Shown: positions 29,010-36,481 of the stretch, piece after piece
Layout: the number at the start of each line of letters is the position of its first letter
Numbering within the stretch: position 1 is the first letter of the stretch
NCBI GenBank assembly: GCA_036721445.1
Contig: DAIMKZ010000002.1
Span: 1-52,521 of the forward strand
Length of the DNA stretch: 52,521 nt
Direction of reading: 5' to 3'
From: Candidatus Delongbacteria bacterium
GTDB taxonomy: Bacteria > UBA4055
Made by a program: the position numbers and the translations under genes
Notes under the pieces: model-generated
What the model saw: the letters and a program-made list of their open reading frames with translations, nothing else
What the model was told of the DNA's origin: nothing
The model's database searches: none

Positions 29010-30786
29010 CAAATACGACATCTCCTACAGGCAGATGCTGACCAGGCTTCCAAAGCTTTACAAGTTCATGGCTAAGTATAAGTGGCTTATTCTTGGGCTG
29101 GCGTTCTTCGATATCATCAGCAATATGATCATCACGGTCCCGCCTTTAGTGATCCAGTATTCCGTCGACGAGATAATCCCGCTTAAGGACATTTTCTCGC
29201 TCAATATATTCTTCACGGCCGTTACGATACTGTTCATCGTCTTCAGCGGTCTTTTCATAGGCCATATTTACATCAGATGGCATCTCCAGTACAATATCAG
29301 AAAGGACATCAGGGAAAGGCTGTTCAACGCCCTTCTGCTCAAGTCCCCGATATTCTATTCCAAAAGAGTTTCAGGCGAGATCACTTCGAGGATGAACAAT
29401 GATGTCGGGTCGGTATCCTACCTGGCTTCGGACGCGTTCTTTGATTTCTTCAACGCTTTCTTAAAAGTTTTCTTCTCGCTCACTATGCTGTTCTATCTGA
29501 GCTGGAAGATAACTGTCGCAATACTTATACTCATAGGTCTGCAGTACATTTTCGTGACGATCGTGATGAACTTCTTCAAAAAGTACAGGAAAAGGACTTC
29601 CGAGAAATGGGGACGGCTGCTGGGATTTCTGCAGGAAATACTCTCCAACATAAAGATCGTCATGGCTTTCGGGAATGAGAACTACGAGTCCGCAAGGCAC
29701 TTAAAGAAAAGCCGCGATTACATTAAGGACAGCATCAGCCTGGGGATCACGCACAGGATGTTCGAGGTAGTGGCGACGATATTCTGGCACGCTTTTTACG
29801 TGACGATCATCGTTTACGGCATCAAGCTGCTTACCGGAAGTGAGATCACTCTCGGAGTACTTCTTGCGTTCATTATGCTCGTAAGAAACCTTTTCGAGCC
29901 TATATTCGAGCTCTCGGGAACGATGATCTTCGTTATTTCAGCTTTCGTCTCCATTGACAGGATCTATGAATACATTGAATATCCCGACGAACTGACTGTT
30001 GCCGACAAACCTGAAAAGACCGACAGCACTAAAGGCGAGATCGGATTCTCGGACGTCGTTTTCAGGTACGAGAAAGAAAAGGACAAGATAGCTCTGAACG
30101 GAGTAAGTTTTACAATAGAGGACGGTCAGTCCGTTGCGATCGTGGGTCCGAGCGGCGCAGGCAAATCCACGATCGTGAACCTGATCCTCAGGTTCTACGA
30201 TCCTGAATCCGGAACGGTCAGCTTCAACGGATCGGATATCAAAGCGCTTGACATTGACGAATACAGAAAGAACATTTCGATCGTGTTCCAGGACGCGCTC
30301 CTGTTCAACGACACGATCATGAACAACCTCAAGTACGCCGACCTCGACGCGACGAAGGAGCGCGTGGAGAAAGCCTGCCGCGATGCCGACATATATGATT
30401 TCATAAACGAACTTCCTCTAAGGTTCGATACCGTGATCGGCGAAAGAGGGCTCAAACTTTCAGGCGGACAGAGGCAGAGGCTTTCCATTGCCCGGGCGCT
30501 TCTGAAAGACCCGAAGATCCTCATCTTAGACGAAGCGACCGCCTCCATCGACTCGATCTCCGAGAATGTTATTCAGGAAGCGATCGAGAAGATCATGGGT
30601 GACAGGACTATGATAATCATCGCTCACAGGCTGACGACCATCGTCGGTGTCGACAGGATCATTGTCATGGAGAACGGGCAGGTCGCCGAGACCGGAACAC
30701 ATACAGAACTTCTCGCCCTTCACGGCGTCTATCACAGGCTATGGACGACGCAGATGAAGGAGAACGAGAACGAGATCGTGTTTTAA
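28993..30786 (+). CDS. ABC exporter, fused permease/ATPase (probable heterodimer partner)
   Basis: TMD followed by an NBD: GPSGAGKST, LSGGQRQR, ILILDEATASID, AHRLTT. Overlaps the previous gene by 17 nt. Confidence 0.9.
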   Translation: MEKEHNKYDISYRQMLTRLPKLYKFMAKYKWLILGLAFFDIISNMIITVPPLVIQYSVDEIIPLKDIFSLNIFFTAVTILFIVFSGLFIGHIYIRWHLQYNIRKDIRERLFNALLLKSPIFYSKRVSGEITSRMNNDVGSVSYLASDAFFDFFNAFLKVFFSLTMLFYLSWKITVAILILIGLQYIFVTIVMNFFKKYRKRTSEKWGRLLGFLQEILSNIKIVMAFGNENYESARHLKKSRDYIKDSISLGITHRMFEVVATIFWHAFYVTIIVYGIKLLTGSEITLGVLLAFIMLVRNLFEPIFELSGTMIFVISAFVSIDRIYEYIEYPDELTVADKPEKTDSTKGEIGFSDVVFRYEKEKDKIALNGVSFTIEDGQSVAIVGPSGAGKSTIVNLILRFYDPESGTVSFNGSDIKALDIDEYRKNISIVFQDALLFNDTIMNNLKYADLDATKERVEKACRDADIYDFINELPLRFDTVIGERGLKLSGGQRQRLSIARALLKDPKILILDEATASIDSISENVIQEAIEKIMGDRTMIIIAHRLTTIVGVDRIIVMENGQVAETGTHTELLALHGVYHRLWTTQMKENENEIVF

Positions 30787-30797
30787 AAATTATTATC

Positions 30798-30826
30798 TTG
30801 CAAAACTCAGGTATTATCGCTAATTT
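30798..30826 (+). promoter_or_regulatory. Candidate sigma70-type promoter of the repeat-protein gene
   Basis: TTGCAA (30798-30803), 17-nt spacer, TAATTT (30821-30826). AAGGAGG RBS at 30840-30846. Pattern match only. Confidence 0.3.
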
Positions 30827-30851
30827 ATATATAAATTTTAAGGAGGATTAT

Positions 30852-33779
30852 ATGAAAAGATTTTTTGTGATTTTACTTATGACTCTGCTGCCGAATATTT
30901 TCGCGCTTGACGTAGTCGGGCTGTACGAGATCACTTCAGATGTTACTCTGAATGAAGACCTTAATGTCCTTCCAGGCGGTACCGTTCAGTGTTACAACGG
31001 CAGTTACACATTGACTGTAAACGGTAATGTTAACAACATGGGAATAATCCAGAACCATACTCTAGGTTATTTGCTGACTTTGAACTGCTCCGGGAACCTG
31101 ACAAACTCAGGCATAATAAAAAATAATACTGTCAATATGAACGGAACGCTTCAAACTATCTTAACCCCGACTCCCCTTGCAAGTATCGAACCGGCATACT
31201 TCAACATAATGACACCTATGCCTCTTATCGGCGCGTCAGACCTGTATTTCAGGAACTCGGTCATCAACTTTATGTTTGGCGGTGTGCTTGATCTTCAAAA
31301 CGGTTTCGGACTGAATCTTGATAACTGCTATTTTACCGGCGGAAATATCATAGGGCAAACCGGAGACACGCCTGTTTCATATCTCTATATGGCGAACGGG
31401 TCTTTCATTAATAATTCAACGGGATATAATCTTATCTATTCGGGAATTACTCTTATCGAAGACAACGTGATCGCGACCGGAAACTGCGTTAACAACGGCG
31501 AGATAAAATCGTGGAGTAACGCGTCGAGAACTTTCATAGCCCAGGATAATTTTATAAATAACGGTTCAATTTCAGACAATACACCCTACGGTACATATTT
31601 TGAATCTAACGGATATCTTGAAAACAACGGTACTGTCATTAATTCATCTTTCATATGTTACGGGGATTTTACAAATAATGCATCATTCACTCCCCAGTAT
31701 TTCTACTTATCAGGAGCGACAGTCCAGAATATCACGACGGCATTCAGTTTCCCCTTAAGTGCAGTTAATACTGTCTGTCTCAATCCTTCAGGTATTACAT
31801 CACAGTCAGATCTGTACTTTGAAAATTCTCTGATCGATTTTAACGACAATCCGATAACGCTTTTAAACCCTTACTGTCTTTACGTATCAGGCGGATATCT
31901 GATCAATACGAACTTGACCGGAGCCGGAACTAAAGCGGAGAGTGTTTCTTATCTCGAAGCCTCAAACGGCTGTTATCTTCAGAATACCGACATTACAGAT
32001 CTCGTGCTTAACGGTACTGTTGATATCTCAGATGACAACTGCACGCTAAACGGATCGATCCTGAACTACGCTACGATCCAAAATAAGTCATCGTACAATT
32101 ATACTCTTACGATAAACGGTGATTTTGATAATGAAGGGATAATCACTAGCAATCCGGGCGGATACTATCTTTATACGGACTTCCGCGGTACCGATCTTCA
32201 CAACGGCGGGACGTGGACGAATCAGATGCTTATTCTATCCGGTACGGCAGCGCAGAATATATCAAATTCCTTCTCAACTCCTTTCTCCCCTGTTTATGTA
32301 AGTTGCGACAACGGTAACGGAGTTATAGCAAAATCCGATCTCGAGTTCGTGAACTCGCTCATCAATTTCAACGGCAATTATTACATCGACCTGACCGAAG
32401 GGTATAACCTCTATATTTCCGGCGGCTACATGAACAACACAAGGATAATCGGCTCTGGAACGGTCGCAAAAGCCCAGTCCGAATTTGAGGCAGGTAACGG
32501 ATTCTATATGCAGAACACCAGCCTCGAGAACCTGATAATGAGAGGAACTTTTGAGCTCTCGAACGACAACTGTTCTCTGAACGGATCGATCCTTAACTAC
32601 GCGACGATCCAGAACAGATCATCTTACGATTATACTCTTACGATAAACGGAGATTTTGATAATGAAGGGATCATTACAAGCAACCCGGGCGGATACTATC
32701 TTTATACGGACTTTCGCGGTACCGATCTTCACAACGGCGGAACCTGGACGAATCAGATGCTGACATTCTCCGGTACGGCCGCACAAAATATATCAAATTC
32801 CTTCTCATCTCCGTTCTCCCCTGTTTATGTTAGTTGTGAGAACGGTAACGGTGTTATAGCAAAATCCGATCTTGAGTTCGTGAACTCGCTCATCAATTTC
32901 AACGGTAATTATTACATCGACCTGACCGAAGGGCACAACCTTTATATTTCCGGCGGCTACATGAACAACACAAGGATAATCGGCGCGGGAACGACAGCAA
33001 AAGTCCAGTCTGAATTCGAGGCCGGCAACGGATTCTATATGCAGAACACGAGCCTTGAGGATCTGATAACGAGAGGGACTTTTGAGCTCTCGAACGACAA
33101 CTGCTCTCTGAACGGATCGATCCTGAATTACGCAACGATACAAAATAAGTCATCTTACAATTACACTCTTACGATAAACGGCGATTTTGATAATCAGGGC
33201 ATTCTTCAGAACGGCACGATCTACGATCTTAATATTAATGTCAACGGCAGCGTAAAGAACAGCGGAACATGGACGAACACCACTACCAGCTTCACCGGGA
33301 CCGCCGATCAGCAGATCGTTCTCACATACGGTTCTGAAATAGCAAGTACATATCTGTACTTCGTTTCCGAGATCGTTGACGCGCCTTACGAATGGCACTT
33401 CAATAACAGCCCTATCGAAGCCACGAATACTGATTTCAGCGGAATTGACATCGATGTATTAAGATGGCTGGTGCCGATAGACCTTGATAACAGCGGATCA
33501 TACTACTGTCAGACCAACGCAGGACCGACAAGAAAGATATTCGTATACGACGGCATTCTGCCCGTTCCGGTTATCACAGGTGGCGGACACGAAAACGGCA
33601 TATCGTCAATTTTCTGGGAAAACATTCCGGCCGCGTCTTCATACAAAGTTTATTCTTCATCTGATCCGTATGCTGATCCTTCAACATGGACATTTGAGAC
33701 TGAAGTTTACACTAATGAATGCTCGATCCCCGGCCAGACCGATCAGAAAAAATTCTATTTCGTGACTGCAGTTTATTAA
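30852..33779 (+). CDS. Large secreted Asn/Gly/Ser/Thr-rich repeat protein (beta-helix-like, adhesin-like) with a C-terminal Fn3-like module
   Basis: ATG 30852 gives the signal peptide MKRFFVILLMTLLPNIFA; the track start at 30741 is an extension into the ABC gene. About five units of roughly 177 aa, the last two and a fraction near-identical. C-terminus FWENIPAASSYKVYSSSDPY...KKFYFVTAVY. Confidence 0.75.
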   Translation: MKRFFVILLMTLLPNIFALDVVGLYEITSDVTLNEDLNVLPGGTVQCYNGSYTLTVNGNVNNMGIIQNHTLGYLLTLNCSGNLTNSGIIKNNTVNMNGTLQTILTPTPLASIEPAYFNIMTPMPLIGASDLYFRNSVINFMFGGVLDLQNGFGLNLDNCYFTGGNIIGQTGDTPVSYLYMANGSFINNSTGYNLIYSGITLIEDNVIATGNCVNNGEIKSWSNASRTFIAQDNFINNGSISDNTPYGTYFESNGYLENNGTVINSSFICYGDFTNNASFTPQYFYLSGATVQNITTAFSFPLSAVNTVCLNPSGITSQSDLYFENSLIDFNDNPITLLNPYCLYVSGGYLINTNLTGAGTKAESVSYLEASNGCYLQNTDITDLVLNGTVDISDDNCTLNGSILNYATIQNKSSYNYTLTINGDFDNEGIITSNPGGYYLYTDFRGTDLHNGGTWTNQMLILSGTAAQNISNSFSTPFSPVYVSCDNGNGVIAKSDLEFVNSLINFNGNYYIDLTEGYNLYISGGYMNNTRIIGSGTVAKAQSEFEAGNGFYMQNTSLENLIMRGTFELSNDNCSLNGSILNYATIQNRSSYDYTLTINGDFDNEGIITSNPGGYYLYTDFRGTDLHNGGTWTNQMLTFSGTAAQNISNSFSSPFSPVYVSCENGNGVIAKSDLEFVNSLINFNGNYYIDLTEGHNLYISGGYMNNTRIIGAGTTAKVQSEFEAGNGFYMQNTSLEDLITRGTFELSNDNCSLNGSILNYATIQNKSSYNYTLTINGDFDNQGILQNGTIYDLNINVNGSVKNSGTWTNTTTSFTGTADQQIVLTYGSEIASTYLYFVSEIVDAPYEWHFNNSPIEATNTDFSGIDIDVLRWLVPIDLDNSGSYYCQTNAGPTRKIFVYDGILPVPVITGGGHENGISSIFWENIPAASSYKVYSSSDPYADPSTWTFETEVYTNECSIPGQTDQKKFYFVTAVY
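32034..33198 (+). repeat. Direct tandem repeat, 531-bp period, about 2.2 copies, roughly 90 percent nt identity
   Basis: GACAAC-TG(C/T)-(A/T)C.. recurs at 32034, 32565 and 33096. The encoded 177-aa units differ at 13 positions between copies 1 and 2. Copy 3 diverges after about 33 aa. Confidence 0.9.
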
Positions 33780-33797
33780 AATCAGATATACTCACAC

Positions 33798-33830
33798 GAA
33801 GGGCGGTTTTCTTTCCGCCCTTTTTTATTT
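33798..33830 (+). terminator. Intrinsic terminator after the repeat-protein gene
   Basis: AAGGGCGG-ttttcttt-CCGCCCTT followed by TTTTATTT. Confidence 0.8.
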
Positions 33831-33880
33831 GGATTACAACAATTCTTTATGTAAATTACAGTTAACCAGACGGAGCTTAT

Positions 33881-34719
33881 ATGAAACAGATCTTCCTGTT
33901 TGTTGTTGTATTATTTTTATCTGTTCAATTATCTTTCGCGAAAAAGATAATCGAGCTGAAAAGCGGAGAAAGGATCACCTGTGAGGTCGTTAGCGAGGAC
34001 AGTGAGGTTCTAACTGTAATTTCGGACACTTTCGGAGAAATGAAGATAAAAAGGGCTGATATCAAGCTCATCACGGAACTGGACGAAAGGACAGGATATA
34101 AATACGACGACCCTAACCACTGCTCGCTGTTATTCATGCCCTCGGCAGAGACCAATCCTAAAGGAACCTGGTACATTTCGGACTACGAGCTGTTCTATAT
34201 GAACGTTGGATATTCGCCTACTGACAATCTTCATATTTCCACAGGCTTTCTTTTCCCGATAGTTCCGGAGATGATCACCGAAGGACCGCTGTCTTTCGGA
34301 CTCAAGTACAGGACCCTGAGCGAACCGTATAAAATGAACGTGAGTATGATGGGGACATATACCACTGTGATCGATGAAGCTGATATCGGTCTTATTACTT
34401 ATGGAACGGCTTTTAATTACTACATCAATCCGCGGTCAACCTTCAATTTCTATCTCGCACAGTTACCAAAGGAGCGGAATCCGCATTCAGTTTCAGCATA
34501 GGACTTACCCACAGAACATCTGAAAGTTCCAAGCTGATAGTAGAATATCTGAACGGCGGGATATTTGATGATATAGAAACTAAAGGGTTGATGCTTTTCG
34601 GATTGAGGTTTTTTGGAGAAAAAATATCGGCTGATCTTGCAGGGATAAAGTTCTTCGATATTACAGGAAGCGATATCTGGCTTTTTATACCTCTTGTAAG
34701 CCTTACCTATCACTTTTAA
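33881..34719 (+). pseudogene. Outer-membrane beta-barrel-like protein gene interrupted by a frameshift (or sequencing error) near 34465
   Basis: The ORF 33881-34501 (signal peptide MKQIFLFVVVLFLSVQLSFA) stops after ..FNFYLAQLPKERNPHSVSA. A second frame is open from about 34441 and reads ..KGAESAFSFSIGLTHRTSESSKLIVEYLNGG...DIWLFIPLVSLTYHF, with a stop at 34717-34719. That is an OMP-like C-terminus ending in Phe. Confidence 0.55.
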
Positions 34720-34735
34720 AAAAAGGAGTTCTGCT

Positions 34736-35317
34736 ATGAAGAAAATATTCTTTTTCGCGATCCTCACTGCGGTGCTTTTCAGTTACTCGCAGGATAATGA
34801 GGGTAAAAACGATTATCAGCCGAGAAATTCTATCGGTGTAAAGTTCTCGAACATTTCAGGGTACGGATTAAGTATTTCCAAACGTCTGTTCGACAATTAC
34901 AATGTTAAATTCGGCGGCATAATATTCTACGATGAATATGTCAAAGGTTTTAAGGACAGTCTTATTGAAGATTCCAAGAATATAAATTACGATTACGGAG
35001 TAGAACTCCAGAGGGATGTGTTCAGAAGTGAGAAAACCAGAGTATACGCGCTCGGTGGAATATTCGTATCCAAAAGTCAGGACAGGGAAAAAACGAGAAG
35101 CTATACAGGTCAGCTGATCACGAACAAGGACGACGATTTCGACAAGATAACAGGAGGGATCGGGGTCGGAGTAGAGTTCATAACAAAGAACAGACTGGGA
35201 TTCAACATCGATATAGGATACAGATTCGAGCATTCAGACGGTAAAGAGTCGGGTATTCCTGTGGAAGAGAACAACACGATGGTCGGTCTCGGAATCGGTA
35301 TTTCGTTCCTTTACTGA
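34736..35317 (+). CDS. Small outer-membrane beta-barrel-like protein (paralog A)
   Basis: Signal peptide, alternating hydrophobic strands, and a C-terminus GLGIGISFLY with an aromatic terminal residue. Confidence 0.55.
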   Translation: MKKIFFFAILTAVLFSYSQDNEGKNDYQPRNSIGVKFSNISGYGLSISKRLFDNYNVKFGGIIFYDEYVKGFKDSLIEDSKNINYDYGVELQRDVFRSEKTRVYALGGIFVSKSQDREKTRSYTGQLITNKDDDFDKITGGIGVGVEFITKNRLGFNIDIGYRFEHSDGKESGIPVEENNTMVGLGIGISFLY

Positions 35318-35334
35318 TCTTTAGGTAACTTGAG

Positions 35335-35886
35335 ATGAATTTATTTTATTCTTTAGCAATATTACTTCCCGTACTGCTTTTTTCACAAAAACTCAATTAC
35401 GGCACGGATATTCTTAATTCGGCTGGTCTCAAAGCATCGAATATTTCAGGCTATGGGATCTATTGTTCGAGAAAGATGGGGCATGATTTCAGACTTCAGC
35501 TGATGGGCATTGCCTACTATTATGAAAGGACCAAGAGCGGTGAGACCAGAACAATCATAAATTACGATATCGGACTTGAACTGCACAGATATATTTACCG
35601 GTCTGAAAAAACCGGTGTGTTCTGGCTGGCAGGCGGTTATTATTATAACGACGACGACACGGACGACGAACCTGACATAAAAACTCAGTCAATAACGAAC
35701 TCGTACAATATAGGCACAGGACTGGGCGTCGAATTCTATCACGGGCATTTTATCTATAATTTCGATATCGGTTATAAATTCTTCGAAGACGATATAGACA
35801 CTTTCAAAAACGGTGACTTCAGCTATAACGAACTGAAAAGAGTGACCAAAGTCGGTGCGGGAATAGGTATCGGATTTCTGTTCTGA
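35335..35886 (+). CDS. Small outer-membrane beta-barrel-like protein (paralog B)
   Basis: Aligns with paralog A along its length: SNISGYG, INYD.G.EL.R...RSEKT, G.GVEF, DIGY.F. C-terminus GAGIGIGFLF. Confidence 0.55.
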   Translation: MNLFYSLAILLPVLLFSQKLNYGTDILNSAGLKASNISGYGIYCSRKMGHDFRLQLMGIAYYYERTKSGETRTIINYDIGLELHRYIYRSEKTGVFWLAGGYYYNDDDTDDEPDIKTQSITNSYNIGTGLGVEFYHGHFIYNFDIGYKFFEDDIDTFKNGDFSYNELKRVTKVGAGIGIGFLF

Positions 35887-35887
35887 T

Positions 35888-36469
35888 CTATTTACCCTTT
35901 TTCAACCTGACAAAATCAGCGAATCTTGACCTTTCCGCAGGGAATACTCCGTCTGAAACATACCTGACATCCTCGATCGAGTAGAACGCGTGAGGATTGT
36001 GTGTTTTCACTATTGATATTACTCTTTTAAGATCTGCGCGTTTAAGAACCATAAAAATTATGCTCACCGGACCTGAGGAACCTTCGGCAGGACTTACCGT
36101 AACACCGTATTTGGTCTCCTCCCTCAGACATGTGATGAGTTCATCAGCACCTGATCTTGTAATCACTCTCAGTACAACGTTTCCCAGCGCGATCCTGTTC
36201 TCGATAACCATTCCTACAAAATTACCGAGTGCGAAACCAACAGCGTAACCGATCATGTTCCCCACATTATCCAGGTTCTTCATTACCTGACCGATAGCGA
36301 TCAGCCAGATTATTATCTCGAAGAAAGCAAGTAGAGGAGCAATGTATCTGTATCCCTTGGCAATGAAAATTATTTTTATCGTTCCGATCGAAACGTCAAC
36401 TACTCTGGCAAGAGCTATCAGTACCGGTATACCGACAGAAACGAACAGCTCTGAATCTGCGACCTCCAT
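35888..36469 (-). CDS. UPF0316/DUF2179-family membrane protein
   Basis: 193 aa. N-terminal TM region IALARVVDVSIGTIKIIFIAKGYRYIAPLLAFFEIIIWLIAIGQVM and a C-terminal soluble DUF2179-like part. Confidence 0.75.
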   Translation of the reverse strand: MEVADSELFVSVGIPVLIALARVVDVSIGTIKIIFIAKGYRYIAPLLAFFEIIIWLIAIGQVMKNLDNVGNMIGYAVGFALGNFVGMVIENRIALGNVVLRVITRSGADELITCLREETKYGVTVSPAEGSSGPVSIIFMVLKRADLKRVISIVKTHNPHAFYSIEDVRYVSDGVFPAERSRFADFVRLKKGK

Positions 36470-36481
36470 TTATCCTTCCGT

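Noticed and set aside
27333-29053. Minus-strand ORFs 27333-27908 and 28397-29053
   Set aside because: Antisense to the first ABC exporter gene, which has complete Walker and signature motifs. Spurious.
30741-30851. 37-codon N-terminal extension of the repeat-protein ORF (track start 30741)
   Set aside because: It would overlap the 3' end of the ABC gene and place an acidic peptide before the signal peptide. ATG 30852 has an AAGGAGG RBS and yields a canonical signal peptide.
30852-33779. Giant repeat protein as the substrate of the adjacent HlyD/ABC (type I secretion) system
   Set aside because: It has an N-terminal Sec signal peptide, no GGxGxD nonapeptide block and no C-terminal T1SS-like signal. 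No TolC gene is present, and the gene has its own promoter-like element and terminator. Adjacency alone is reported as a hypothesis.
30852-33779. High density of N-x-S/T sequons as evidence for N-glycosylation (HMW1C- or PglB-type)
   Set aside because: The protein is so rich in Asn, Ser and Thr that about 7 sequons per 177-aa unit is not far above chance expectation. No glycosyltransferase of those types is nearby.
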